From an uncultured Actinomycetes bacterium (lineage in GTDB: Bacteria; Actinomycetota; UBA4738; HRBIN12): DNA of 64,000 bases. Each line of letters starts with the position of its first letter. Position 1 is the stretch's first letter. This document shows positions 46,763-59,029 of this stretch, piece by piece. The notes under the pieces are model-generated. The model was not told the DNA's origin. It worked only from the letters and a program-made list of their open reading frames with translations, and made no database searches. Made by a program: the position numbers and the translations under genes. Location: contig CAWFKP010000006.1 of assembly GCA_963816425.1 (NCBI GenBank), positions 875,678 through 939,677 on the forward strand. Direction: 5' to 3'.

Positions 46763-49288
46763 TTACCGAGGAACCAGACGTTCCAACACGCAGTCCTCCG
46801 GCAGCTTGTCCTCGCGCAGCCGCTTGAAGACGGGGGCGCGCATCTTGCCGGTCCCCTTCGTCATCTCGAGGTACTCCACCTCACACACGAGGGTCGGATC
46901 GACGAACACAGCTCCCTTGACGCCACGCAGTTCCTCGACCGCCGGCTCGGGTGCTGCGAGTCCTTGGAGGCGCTCGAGCAGCGTGGTGAGCTGCGTGTCG
47001 CTGAGGCCGCTGCCCACCTGGCCGACCCAGCGCAGCTCCCCGCCGTCGTAGGCACCGACCAGCAGCGCGCCGAACGTCTTGCCGCGTCCACCCTGGCCTG
47101 GCGTGAATCCCAGGATCACGCAGTCCTGGGTCTGACGCAGCTTGATCTTGCGCCAGGCGTCGGTGCGTCTCCCGGGCGCGTACGGCGAGCCGATGCGCTT
47201 CGCGACGACACCCTCGAGCTGCTGCTCCTCGGCCGCGGCAACCATGACCGTGCCCTCGCCGACGACATGGGCGGTGATGCGCAGCCGGTCGTCTTCCTCG
47301 ACGACGAGGGAGAGCAGCTCGCGGCGTTGCTCCAACGGCAGGCCGGTGAGGTCATGGCCGTCCAGCCACAGGATGTCGAAGGCGACCAACGAGACCGGCA
47401 GCCGCTTGCGCGCCCGATCGATCTCGCGCGGGTTCGCCAGGTTCATCCTGCCTTGCAGGGCCTCGAACGAGACGCGCCCGTCGGCGTCGAAGGCGACGAT
47501 CTCGCCGTCGATCACGGCGTTCACCTCGTCGACCAGCTCGTGGATCATGTGCAGCTCCGGGTACTGCGCGGTCGCGTCGCGGCCGGTTCGCGTGCGCAGC
47601 ACGGTCTCGCCCGTCGACATCTCCGCAAGGCACCGGATGCCGTCGAGCTTCGGTTCGAACCACCAGTGCTCGTCGTCGAAGGCCTCGTATCCACCCTCGG
47701 CGAGCATCGGGGAGAAGCGTGGCGGCGGGGCGATCAGAGACCTTGTCTGGGCGCTCGCGAGGAATGCGAGCCAGTCGCGTTTCGTCTTGACGAAGTGGAA
47801 CTCGAGGTCGGGGTAGCGCCGCCCGTGCAGCCGGAACGAGACCTTCGTGTCGGTCCATTCGATCGGCTCGTACCAGCCGTCGTCGAAGATGCGGACCTCG
47901 CCGGCGCCGTAATGGCCCTCGGGGATCGTGCCCTCGAACTTCCCGTACTCGAGGGGGTGGTCCTCGGTGCGCACCGCCATGCGCTTGTCGCCCTTCGCCG
48001 TCGGCAGGCCCTTGGGTACCGCCCAGGAGGGCAGCGCCCCGTCGCGTTCGAGGCGCACGTCGTAATGCAACCGTGTCGCCCGATGCTTGTGGATCACGAA
48101 GGAGTTCCCCACGCCCGCATCGTCTCCGGGTGCGGGCTCCGTGGTGCCCTCTGGGCCGAACTCGCGTCGGCGCACGTACTCGAACAGCGCGGGGTCCTTC
48201 GACGCCAGCGCGATCTCATCCGAGGTCTTTGCCTCGACGGTCTTGGCCGCGGTGCGGGGGAGCGGGCCGCTCGGGTCGTCCTCGACCTGGACGTCGAGCG
48301 CCTCCATCGCCTCGGACAGGTCCTGCGCCGGGCCCTCGCGGACGGGCGCCCACAGGTCGCCGACGAGCGCGAAGCGTTCCCACACGTTGTCGATCCGGAA
48401 ATCCTGCGGCTCGAACCCGCCGGCCTCGACCTCGTCCCAGGTGAGGGGTGTCGAGACCGGGGCGCGCGGCTCCGGCCGCAACGAATACGCGGCGGCGATG
48501 TTCGCGCCCTGCCGGTTCATGTTGTGATCGATGAACGTCTTGCCGGTGCGGTCGGCGATCCGCCACGCCATCGTCACGCGGTCGGGGTCGGCGCGCCCGA
48601 TCAGGCGCCCGCACGTGCCGACGAAGGCCCGCACCTCCGCGTAGGTCCAGCGACCGGACTCCAGTGGCATGTAGATCTGCATGCCGGTGGCGCCGCTGGT
48701 TTTGGGGTAGGCGGCGAGCCCCAGCTGGTCGAGCAGCACCTTGATGTGCCGCGCCACCGTCAACACGTCCTCATAGGTGTAGGGCGGGAAGGGGTCGAGA
48801 TCGAAGAAGAGATAGTCCGGGTGCATCGTGTCGCTGCACCGCGAGTGCAGCGGGTGCATCTCGATCGCGCCGAGGTTCGCCACGAACAGCAAGGTCGCGA
48901 GATCGTCCACCGTCAGGTAGTCGATGCGCCCCTCCTTCGCGTCTTCGGACAGCACCGTGCAGCGGTGGACCCATTCGGGTGTGTGCGAGGGCGCCGTCTT
49001 CTCGTAGAAGGAGTCGCCGTCGATACCGTCGGGCATCCGCTTCATCGTGAGCGGGCGGCGCTCGAGGTGGGGCAGCAGCAGATCCGAGATGTTGAAGTAG
49101 TAGGCGAGCAGGTCGCCCTTCGTGTAGCCCTCCTCGGGCCAGAACAGCTTGTCGAGGTTCGATAAGCGCAGCTCGCGCTCGGGCAGGTCGATCCACCAGG
49201 CGTCGCCAGCGCCGCGCCGTACGGGCAGCTCACGGGGAAGCTCGACCGTGAAGGCGGCCCCGCCCGTGCCCTTCTTCCGCTTCGGCAT
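46763..49288 (-). CDS. ligD: Multidomain ATP-dependent DNA ligase D (Pol-PE-Lig order)
   Basis: 841 aa. N-terminal primase-polymerase domain. Phosphoesterase block [18 protein letters not shown]. Ligase adenylation motif EPKLDGIR and downstream OB domain. Confidence 0.93.
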   Translation of the reverse strand: MPKRKKGTGGAAFTVELPRELPVRRGAGDAWWIDLPERELRLSNLDKLFWPEEGYTKGDLLAYYFNISDLLLPHLERRPLTMKRMPDGIDGDSFYEKTAPSHTPEWVHRCTVLSEDAKEGRIDYLTVDDLATLLFVANLGAIEMHPLHSRCSDTMHPDYLFFDLDPFPPYTYEDVLTVARHIKVLLDQLGLAAYPKTSGATGMQIYMPLESGRWTYAEVRAFVGTCGRLIGRADPDRVTMAWRIADRTGKTFIDHNMNRQGANIAAAYSLRPEPRAPVSTPLTWDEVEAGGFEPQDFRIDNVWERFALVGDLWAPVREGPAQDLSEAMEALDVQVEDDPSGPLPRTAAKTVEAKTSDEIALASKDPALFEYVRRREFGPEGTTEPAPGDDAGVGNSFVIHKHRATRLHYDVRLERDGALPSWAVPKGLPTAKGDKRMAVRTEDHPLEYGKFEGTIPEGHYGAGEVRIFDDGWYEPIEWTDTKVSFRLHGRRYPDLEFHFVKTKRDWLAFLASAQTRSLIAPPPRFSPMLAEGGYEAFDDEHWWFEPKLDGIRCLAEMSTGETVLRTRTGRDATAQYPELHMIHELVDEVNAVIDGEIVAFDADGRVSFEALQGRMNLANPREIDRARKRLPVSLVAFDILWLDGHDLTGLPLEQRRELLSLVVEEDDRLRITAHVVGEGTVMVAAAEEQQLEGVVAKRIGSPYAPGRRTDAWRKIKLRQTQDCVILGFTPGQGGRGKTFGALLVGAYDGGELRWVGQVGSGLSDTQLTTLLERLQGLAAPEPAVEELRGVKGAVFVDPTLVCEVEYLEMTKGTGKMRAPVFKRLREDKLPEDCVLERLVPR

Positions 49289-49336
49289 GGACAGGATGGT
49301 AGAGACTGCGACGAGATCCGGGGAAGGGAGCGCTCG

Positions 49337-49570
49337 ATGGATGACTGGCTACAGCGATTGGCGACGACGATCGGGGTCGACACCTTGACCGAGGAGCAGG
49401 CCGAGGAGTTGCTGGTGGCGGCGCGCGATGTCGCCCACGGCGTGGAGCGCAAGATCACGCCGCTGGCGACGTTCTTACTGGGGGCGGCCGTGCAGCGCCA
49501 GATCGGTCACGGTCGTACGCAGGAAGAGGCGTTCGACCAGGTCATGGCGTCGCTGCGGACGATCCTGTGA
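49337..49570 (+). CDS. DUF6457-like small protein
   Basis: 77 aa. GGGAAGGGAG RBS. The core VAARDVAHGVERKITPLATFLLGAA resembles the DUF6457 family. Confidence 0.5.
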   Translation: MDDWLQRLATTIGVDTLTEEQAEELLVAARDVAHGVERKITPLATFLLGAAVQRQIGHGRTQEEAFDQVMASLRTIL

Positions 49571-49642
49571 TTACGCGTCGGTCCTGCGGGATAAGATGTC
49601 CGTCCGTGCAGGCGGGGGCCTGCGGATCCGGGGGGGACCGTC

Positions 49643-50510
49643 ATGCCGAGAGCCATGTGGAAAGGGGCCATCAGCTTCGGCCTCGTCACGATCCCGGTTG
49701 CCGTCTATCCGGCGACCGAAGAGAAGACGCTGCGGTTCAACCAGCTCCACGATGAGGACGGCGGGCGCATCCGCCAGAAGCGCGTGTGTGAGAAGGACGG
49801 CGAAGAGGTCACCTACGAGCACATCGTCAAGGGCTACGAGGTCGAGAAGGACCACTACGTTGTGCTCACCGACGACGACTTCGACGCCGTGCCGGTGGCA
49901 TCCTCGCGCGCCATCGACATCGTGCAGTTCGTGGAGTTCGACGAGATCGATCCGGTCCTGTTCAAGAAGAGCTACTACCTGATCCCCGAGGAGACCGGCG
50001 CGAAGGCGTACGCACTGTTGCGCGAGGCGATGAAGGAGGACGAGCGCGTCGGCATCGCCAAGGTGAGCTTCCGTGACAAGGAGCACTTGGCGGCGCTGCG
50101 CTTCAAGGACGACGCGTTCGTGCTCGAGACGATGTACTGGCCCGACGAGATCCGCGAGGCCGACTTCAGCGGCGTCGACGTCAACGCCGAGGTGCGCGAC
50201 CAGGAGCTCGCGATGGCGCGGCAACTGATCGACTCCCTCACGAGCGACTGGGCCCCCGAGCAGTACTCCGACGCCTATCGCGAGGCGTTGATCTCGATCG
50301 TCGAGGCCAAGCTGAACGGCCAGGAGATCGAAGTCGTCGAGGCCGAGCCGGCCGCCAAGGTCGTCGACCTGATGGAGGCGCTGAAGGCAAGCGTCGCATC
50401 CGCGAAGAAGGGCGCCGATGACGACGCCAAATCCACCAAGTCCGCTGCAAAGAAGAAGTCAGCCGCGAAGAAGCCCGCTGCCAAGAAACCCGCGGCACGG
50501 AAGAAGGCCG

Positions 50511-50521
<11 letters not shown>
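49643..50521 (+). CDS. ku: Ku protein (NHEJ end-binding)
   Basis: 292 aa. N-terminus MPRAMWKGAISFGLVTIPVAVYPAT is diagnostic. Lys/Ala-rich C-terminal tail (KKSAAKKPAAKKPAARKK). Confidence 0.95.
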
Positions 50522-52729
<2,208 letters not shown>

Positions 52730-52733
52730 GGCG

Positions 52734-55178
52734 ATGGCCGACGCCACGGCGCTCCGGGCGCGGTTCGACGCCCTCGCGAAGGCGTACCCCTCGGGGCAGC
52801 ACGGGCGCTGGGTCGCCAACGAGCGAGCCGATGCCCTCGATGTATGGTTCATCGAGGCGTTCACGCCCGGGATCGAGGGCATCGCGCTGGTGGCGCTTGG
52901 CGGGTACGGACGACGCCTCCAACTCCCTGCCTCCGATGTGGACATCCTGGTGATCCACGCGGGCGTCGACGAGGAGTGCCTTGAGCAGCTCGGCGAGGCT
53001 CTGTGGTACCCGCTGTGGGATCGAGGCTTCACGGTGACCCCGCTCGTCCGCACGCCGGAGGAATGCGTCGCGGCCGCCGCGGGTCGGCTCGATTCGCGAA
53101 CGGCGTTGCTCGACGCGCGCCTTATCGTCGGCGACCCCATGTTGCTTGCCGCTGCGATCGACCCGGTACTGGCTGCGGTTCGCGCCGACCCGATCGGCTT
53201 CGCGCGCGAGCTCGAGGTCGACCGCGGGCAGCGCCGCCGCCGCGCCGGCTCCTGCGCCCACGATCTCGCCCCGGACCTCAAGGACGGGGTGGGGGGCCTG
53301 CGAGACATGTCGTCGCTCGGCTGGCTCAGCATCGCCGTCGGGCGGCCCCTCGTCGAGGCGGGGTTGATCCGGGCCGCGGACGCGTCGGCGATCGAGACGG
53401 CCGAGGAGTTCTACCTGCGCGCGCGCAGCGCCCTGCACCTCGAGACTGGCAAGCGCACGGACCGCCTGAGCGTCGATCTGCAACCGGACGTGGCGCGCGG
53501 CATGGGGTTCGTCGACGAGCCCGGTCTCTCAGCGATCGACGGCCTCATGCGACAGGTGTTCGAGCACGGGCGCGCCATCGGCGCGCTCGTCTCGGCGGCC
53601 ACGGCCCGTCTCCGGGGCGACATCGCGCCCAGCGAGCAGGTCGCGCTTGACGATCCGGACGCCGCGTTGGAGGTGCTCGCGACGGTGGCCGAGGCTGCCG
53701 GTGTCGCGAGCCCCGACCTGATCGACGCGCTCGAGGCCGCCCCGATCCCAGACCCGGTGGTGTGGACCGAACGGACCCGGGATGCGTTCCTCCGCATCGT
53801 GCGCACCGGCGGGCCAGGAGTGGCAACGCTCGACGTGTTGGATCGGATCGGTCGTTTGGAGCGATTCCTGCCCGCGTGGCGCGAAATTCGATGCCGGCCG
53901 CAACGCGATCCGTACCATCGCTACACGGTGGACGCCCACCTCACCGGCGCCCTGCGTGCGGCCGTCGAGCTTGTACGCGATCCGAGCCGCGATCCGTTGG
54001 TGGCCGACATGGCGCCCGCGATCGTCGACCGCGACGCCGTGTTCCTCGGCGCGCTCCTGCACGACATCGGCAAGATCGGCCACGGCGATCATGTCCCGAT
54101 CGGCGCGGCGATCGCTCGTGAGCAGCTGGACGCGATGTCGCTGTCGCCCGGGACCGCCGAGCTCGCGGCGTTCATGGTCGGTGAGCATCTCTTGCTGCCC
54201 GACACGGCGACGCGGCGGGATCTGACCGACGAGAACCTCGTCATGGACGTTGCCGCCACGGTCGGCACCGTGGAACGGCTGGCCGCGCTGTCCGTCCTCG
54301 CGGTCGCCGACGCGGCGGCCACCGGGCCCGCCGCCTGGACCCCGTGGCGGCAGACCCTCGTGCGCGAGCTGGTGGCCAAGGTTCGCAACGTGTTGGAGCG
54401 CGGCGCGATGGGCGAGCAGCTCGCGGCGCGCCTGGCGGCGCGAACGGAGGCGGTGCGCGCTCGGCTGGCGAGCGAACCCGAAGCAGACGTGGATCGGTTC
54501 GTGCTGCGCATGCCGCGCGGGTACTTCCTCTCGATGGAGCCCGCCCAGGCGGCCAGACATTTCCACGCGATCGCTCCCATGCTGGGGGCCAACGAGGTAC
54601 GGACGATCTCGACGCCCGGCGGGGCGGGCGCGTACGAGTTGCTCGTCGTGACTCCGGACCGTCCCGCCTTGCTCGCGCTCGTGGCGGGCGCGCTCGCAGT
54701 CGGCGGTATCTCGATCCTGTCCGCCCAGGTCTTCACGACCGACGATCATGTGGCCGCCGACGTCTTCGAGGTGGCCGGGGTCTTCGAGCCCGAGATCACC
54801 GAGGAGCGGTGGCGGGCCGTCCGGACGACGCTGCGCCGGGGGATCGAGGGAGCGATCTCGATCGACCGCAGGGTGGAGGAGACCCGTCGGCACTATCCAG
54901 CGCCGAAGGTGCACACGCCCGTGACGGTGCGCGTCGACAACGAGGCCTCGGACTTCTCGACGGTGATCGAGGTGGGGGCTCCCGACCGCATGGGCCTGCT
55001 CTATGACATCACCGGTGCCTTCGCGGCGCTGGACCTCGACGTGCATCTCGCGAAGGTCGCGACCTTCGACGGCCGTGTGGTCGACGCGTTCTACGTTCGA
55101 GATGAACTGGGGCGCAAGGTCACCCAAGAGGCACGGTTGGCCGACATCGACCAAGCGTTACGCGATCGGCTGGGGTAG
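52734..55178 (+). CDS. glnD: [Protein-PII] uridylyl/adenylyl-transferase
   Basis: 814 aa. N-terminal nucleotidyltransferase (GGYGRRLQLPASDVDIL), HD domain (LLHDIGK), and two C-terminal ACT domains. Confidence 0.92.
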   Translation: MADATALRARFDALAKAYPSGQHGRWVANERADALDVWFIEAFTPGIEGIALVALGGYGRRLQLPASDVDILVIHAGVDEECLEQLGEALWYPLWDRGFTVTPLVRTPEECVAAAAGRLDSRTALLDARLIVGDPMLLAAAIDPVLAAVRADPIGFARELEVDRGQRRRRAGSCAHDLAPDLKDGVGGLRDMSSLGWLSIAVGRPLVEAGLIRAADASAIETAEEFYLRARSALHLETGKRTDRLSVDLQPDVARGMGFVDEPGLSAIDGLMRQVFEHGRAIGALVSAATARLRGDIAPSEQVALDDPDAALEVLATVAEAAGVASPDLIDALEAAPIPDPVVWTERTRDAFLRIVRTGGPGVATLDVLDRIGRLERFLPAWREIRCRPQRDPYHRYTVDAHLTGALRAAVELVRDPSRDPLVADMAPAIVDRDAVFLGALLHDIGKIGHGDHVPIGAAIAREQLDAMSLSPGTAELAAFMVGEHLLLPDTATRRDLTDENLVMDVAATVGTVERLAALSVLAVADAAATGPAAWTPWRQTLVRELVAKVRNVLERGAMGEQLAARLAARTEAVRARLASEPEADVDRFVLRMPRGYFLSMEPAQAARHFHAIAPMLGANEVRTISTPGGAGAYELLVVTPDRPALLALVAGALAVGGISILSAQVFTTDDHVAADVFEVAGVFEPEITEERWRAVRTTLRRGIEGAISIDRRVEETRRHYPAPKVHTPVTVRVDNEASDFSTVIEVGAPDRMGLLYDITGAFAALDLDVHLAKVATFDGRVVDAFYVRDELGRKVTQEARLADIDQALRDRLG

Positions 55179-55332
55179 TCCCACGCACGAGGTCCCGCTC
55201 CCTGGGACCGAAAGGCCCGCCCGATCTGGGCAAAGTCCCGCCGGGAGCCCACCCAACGCCCGTAACGCGGGACCACTCCCTCGAGCAGTGTGTTCGTGTC
55301 ATGAACGGATGCATCGAGGAAAGGGGCACGTG

Positions 55333-55923
55333 ATGAACAGGAAGGTGTGGGACCAGTTGGTCAGCACCGCCGCTCTCGTGATCGCCGTCGTCATGCTCTT
55401 CGTGGGCGCGGCCGCGATCTACGGCGGCAACTTCGGGCAGAACAACGTGAAGGACCGTTTGACGCCGGAGCAGGTGCAGTTTCCGCCCGCCGACGCGATG
55501 ACACCGGAGGAGCTGACATCGGTCGGAGCATTCGCGGGGCAGCAGGTCACGACCGGCCCGCAGGCCGAGGCGTTCGCCCGGTTCATCCAAGGGCACCTCG
55601 CGCTCGTGAACGAGGGCAAGACCTACTCGCAGACCAGTGCGGCGGCACGCGTCGAGGGTCTCGACCCACAGACCGCGGCGGACCTGCAGGTCAAGGCGGA
55701 CACCCTGTTCAAGGGTGAGACGCTCCGCTCGATCCTGCTGAACGCGTACGGCTGGTGGACGGTGGCGACGATCGCCCTGTACGCCGGGTACGTGATGGTC
55801 ATCGCGGGCATCGTGATGCTCGTCCTGTCGATCCTGGGCTTCCGTCACGCGAAGAAGGCCGCCACGGCCGTCGGAGCAGAGATGGAGACGACGACGAAGG
55901 AGTACGCGTCGGCGAGCGCCTAG
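55333..55923 (+). CDS. Membrane protein, unknown function (2 TM helices flanking an extracytoplasmic domain)
   Basis: ATG at 55333 (GTG at 55330 is an alternative) after GAGGAAAGGGG. N-terminal TM helix (AALVIAVVMLFVGAAAI) and C-terminal TM helix (VATIALYAGYVMVIAGIVMLVL). Confidence 0.6.
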   Translation: MNRKVWDQLVSTAALVIAVVMLFVGAAAIYGGNFGQNNVKDRLTPEQVQFPPADAMTPEELTSVGAFAGQQVTTGPQAEAFARFIQGHLALVNEGKTYSQTSAAARVEGLDPQTAADLQVKADTLFKGETLRSILLNAYGWWTVATIALYAGYVMVIAGIVMLVLSILGFRHAKKAATAVGAEMETTTKEYASASA

Positions 55924-55940
55924 CCCCGACGCCGCTGACG

Positions 55941-55968
55941 AACGGCCGCCCCCTCGGGGGCGGCCGTT
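55941..55968 (+). terminator. Intrinsic terminator hairpin
   Basis: AACGGCCGCCCC-CTCG-GGGGCGGCCGTT: a perfect 12-bp stem with a 4-nt loop, 18 nt after the stop at 55923. The downstream U tract is weak (TTCTGCG). Confidence 0.65.
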
Positions 55969-56004
55969 CTGCGTGGTGGGCGGGCCTCTGGCAGACTCCG
56001 CGCC

Positions 56005-56812
56005 ATGGCGGATCGGATCACCCTGACCACGGACTTCGGCACCCGACAGGGGAGCCAGTCGGTGCTGCACGGCGTGATCGCACAGATCTGCCCCGACGCG
56101 GTGGTCACCGATCTCACCCACGAGGTCGATGCGTTCGATGTCCGTCAGGGCGGCTTCCTCCTGGCGACGAACGCCTTCTGGTTTCCGGCTGGCTCCGTGC
56201 ACATGGTGGTGGTCGATCCGGGGGTCGGCACCGAGCGGCGGCCGATCGCCGCGGAGGTGGGGTCGCACCGGTTCGTCGGTCCCGACAACGGGGTGCTGTC
56301 CTGGGTCTTCGCCCACGCCGAGCGGGAGGCGTGGGACGTCCGTGTCGTGCACCTGACCGAGCCGCGGTTCTGGCTCGGGGCGGTCTCATCGACGTTCCAC
56401 GGCCGGGACCTGTTCGCGCCGGTGGCGGCCCATCTCGCGTGCGGCGTCGCTCTCGACGAACTCGGACCTGCGATCGATGACCCTCGTCCGGTTGGCGGTC
56501 CCCGGGGCGCGGCCGGACGGGCGCGACGTCGTGGTCGGTGAGGTGATCTATATCGATCCGTTCGGCGGCACGATCTGCAGTGTGCGGCGCGAGGACGTGG
56601 AGCACCTCGGCGGCGCCTACGACGTCGAGCTGTCCGGTGCCGTCACCGAGCGAACCGTCGAGACCTTCGGCGAATCCGACCTCGGCCCGGATCACCTGAT
56701 CGCGCTGTGGGATTCGAGCGGCTACCTTCTCGTCACCGAGAACAACGGGATCGGTGGCCGCGTGATCACGCCGCGCGCCGGCGATCCCGTCCGGGTTCGC
56801 GCGCGCCGCTAG
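56005..56812 (+). pseudogene. SAM hydrolase / SAM hydroxide adenosyltransferase family (DUF62) protein, frameshifted at about 56478-56488
   Basis: The N-terminal domain is in ORF 56005..56541 (ITLTTDFG, VVVDPGVGTERRPIA, GPDNGVLS, FHGRDLFAPVAAHLA). The C-terminal beta-domain (GEVIYIDPFGG..., ALWDSSGYLLV) is in ORF 56477..56812, another frame. The span is 808 nt (3n+1). Confidence 0.85.
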
Positions 56813-56855
56813 CGGGCCCGGCGTTTGGGAAGCTGGCTGCAGGAGGGCTGCCCAC

Positions 56856-58055
56856 GTGACGATCGCGTCTGATGCCGAGCCGGGTGTGAACGCTCGGTCG
56901 GATCGCGACATCCGCGTGCTGTTCGTGCTCGGCGGCGCGGCCACTGCCGCATTGCTGCCCTTCTTCACGCCCCTGCTACGCGACCGCGGCCTGAGCCCGG
57001 ACCGGATCGGACTCGTGTTGTCGGCGATGGCGCTCGCGGGCGTGGTCGCGATGCCGCTGTGGAGCCACGAGGCGGACACGCGCCTCGGGACGACGCGGAC
57101 CCTCGTGTTGTCGACGCTCGCGACCGCCGGGTGCGCGCTGCTCCTGATCCCCGCGGGCTCGATCGCCTGGGCGATCGCGGCGGCCTCGATCCTGATGGCA
57201 GCGGCGTCCGCACCGGGCACGGCGCTCGGAGACGCGCTGGCGCTCGGAGTGCTCGGCCCGAAGCGCGCGAACGACTTCGGCCGGGTCCGACGCTTCGCGA
57301 GCCTCGGATGGGCCGTTGCCGTGATCCTGTTCGGGGCGCTGTATCAGGTCGTCGGCCTGGAGCCCCTCCTGCCGCTGTACGCGGGCGCCCTCGTCGTCTA
57401 CGCGCTGTTCGCGCGCCGGATCCCCTCCGAGCGCGCCGCACACGAGGACCTCGAGCGCCCGGGCCGCCTCGGCGCCATCGGCGCCGCCTTCCGATCCTCG
57501 CCCGGGCTCGCGCCTTTCCTCGGCGGGCTCCTACTCCTGAGCATGGCCACGTCGGCGACCGACGGATTCGTGCCACTGCAGATGCTCGGGGTGGGCGGCG
57601 GCCCCTTCCTGATCGGGGTCGCGGCGGGGCTCGCCGCCGTGATCGAGATCCCGATCTTCACGTGGTCGGCCTCGCTGGGACGGCGGTTCGGGATGCGGAA
57701 CCTGTTCCTGGCTGGGGCGATCGTGTCGATCGTGACCCTGATCGGCTACTCGGCGTCCGACTCACCGGCGCAGGTCGCGGTGTTCCGGACGCTCGCCGGC
57801 GTGGGGTTCGGCTTGAAGTACGCGGCGCTGGTCGTGCTGACGGACCGGTTGGTGGAGCAGCGACTCCGTAACACCGGCCAGGCCCTGATGCAGATGGCGC
57901 AATGGTCGGTGGGGCCGATCGTGGGGCCCGCGATCGGCGGCTTCGTGTACGTGGCGCTCGGACCGCCGACGCTGTTCGCCGGCTCGGCTGCAGTCGCGAC
58001 GGTCGGCGCGTTGGTCTCGTGGTGGGCCCTGCGCCGGGTGGGCCGCGCAGGCTAG
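56856..58055 (+). CDS. MFS transporter
   Basis: 399 aa, 12 predicted TM helices, MFS-like loop (FRRFASLGWA). Confidence 0.82.
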   Translation: MTIASDAEPGVNARSDRDIRVLFVLGGAATAALLPFFTPLLRDRGLSPDRIGLVLSAMALAGVVAMPLWSHEADTRLGTTRTLVLSTLATAGCALLLIPAGSIAWAIAAASILMAAASAPGTALGDALALGVLGPKRANDFGRVRRFASLGWAVAVILFGALYQVVGLEPLLPLYAGALVVYALFARRIPSERAAHEDLERPGRLGAIGAAFRSSPGLAPFLGGLLLLSMATSATDGFVPLQMLGVGGGPFLIGVAAGLAAVIEIPIFTWSASLGRRFGMRNLFLAGAIVSIVTLIGYSASDSPAQVAVFRTLAGVGFGLKYAALVVLTDRLVEQRLRNTGQALMQMAQWSVGPIVGPAIGGFVYVALGPPTLFAGSAAVATVGALVSWWALRRVGRAG

Positions 58056-58068
58056 GCTCCGCACGGCG

Positions 58069-59007
58069 ATGTCCGACCCCGTGCAACCGGCGCTGCGTCA
58101 CTACGAAGGCTTCTTCGCCGACAGCTCGCGCTGGGAGCGGTTCACGTTCCGGCCCGGCGACGTCGTGATCTCGACACCGTCGAAGTGCGGCACAACGTGG
58201 ATGCAGACGATCGTCGGGATGCTCTTGCTGGACCGGACCGAGCTCGGAGCTCCCATCGGCGCGATCTCGCCGTGGCTCGACATGTTGACCCGCACCGAAG
58301 ACGAGGTGTTCGGCTTGCTCGATGCGCAGACGCACCGGCGCTTCATCAAGACCCACACGCCGCTCGACGGGGTGCCGCGTCACGACGAGGTCACCTACGT
58401 CGTGGTCGTCCGGCATCCCCTCGACGTGGCGATGTCCGACCGTGACCACAGCGCCAACGTGCGCGAGGAGCGCGCGGTCGAGTTGCGCGTTTCGGTCGCG
58501 GGGCCGGCCGAGCGCGGAGACTCCGATCCGCTGCCCGAGGACCCTGCCGAATTCCTGCGATGGTTCATCGACAACGACGAGCCGCCGACCGGGAGCGGTC
58601 CGCACGGTTTGGACGACTACTGTCAGCAGGTCCGCACGTACTGGGACGCCCGCGACGCGGCAAACGTCCACCTCTTCCACTACGCCGACCTCTGGGCCGA
58701 TCGCGACGGTGAGATGCGGCGCGTGGCGACCGCGCTCGGGGTCCCGATCGACGAGGAGCGTTGGCCCGCGTTCGTTGAGGCGGCGGGGTTGACCTCGATG
58801 CGTGCGCGCGCGGCCGACACGGCGCCCGACGCGCACATGGGCATCTGGGAATCGCCCGAGCGCTTCTTCAGCGCCGGCGGCACGCGCGACTGGGCATCCT
58901 TCCTGAGCAAGGACGATGTCCATTTCGATGCGCGGATGCGGCTCCTGTGCGGTGACGCCACGGACTGGGCGCTCGCAGGACGAACGGGGCTGCGCCAGGT
59001 GCGGTAG
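58069..59007 (+). CDS. Cytosolic-type PAPS-dependent sulfotransferase family protein
   Basis: 312 aa. 5'-PSB loop TPSKCGTTWMQ, KTHTP, and a 3'-PB-like region. Confidence 0.78.
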   Translation: MSDPVQPALRHYEGFFADSSRWERFTFRPGDVVISTPSKCGTTWMQTIVGMLLLDRTELGAPIGAISPWLDMLTRTEDEVFGLLDAQTHRRFIKTHTPLDGVPRHDEVTYVVVVRHPLDVAMSDRDHSANVREERAVELRVSVAGPAERGDSDPLPEDPAEFLRWFIDNDEPPTGSGPHGLDDYCQQVRTYWDARDAANVHLFHYADLWADRDGEMRRVATALGVPIDEERWPAFVEAAGLTSMRARAADTAPDAHMGIWESPERFFSAGGTRDWASFLSKDDVHFDARMRLLCGDATDWALAGRTGLRQVR

Positions 59008-59029
59008 AGGACCGATCGGCTGGCGAGGA

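Noticed and set aside
49571-49642. Duplicated CCTGCGG, an imperfect inverted repeat, and a TTACGC-N15-TAAGAT promoter-like element upstream of ku. I also searched for an actinobacterial SOS box (TCGAAC-N4-GTTCGA) around ligD and ku.
   Set aside because: The repeat arms are imperfect and GC-rich, so a chance match is likely. The promoter spacing is suboptimal. No SOS-box match was found in either upstream region.
50418-50510. ATG at 50418 as the start of the 4xGNAT gene.
   Set aside because: It would overlap ku by 104 nt. It would also add a Pro/Arg-rich peptide read from the alternate frame of the Lys-codon repeats in ku. The purine-rich RBS-like sequence there is simply AAG repeats. TTG at 50511 is preferred, but the start remains uncertain.
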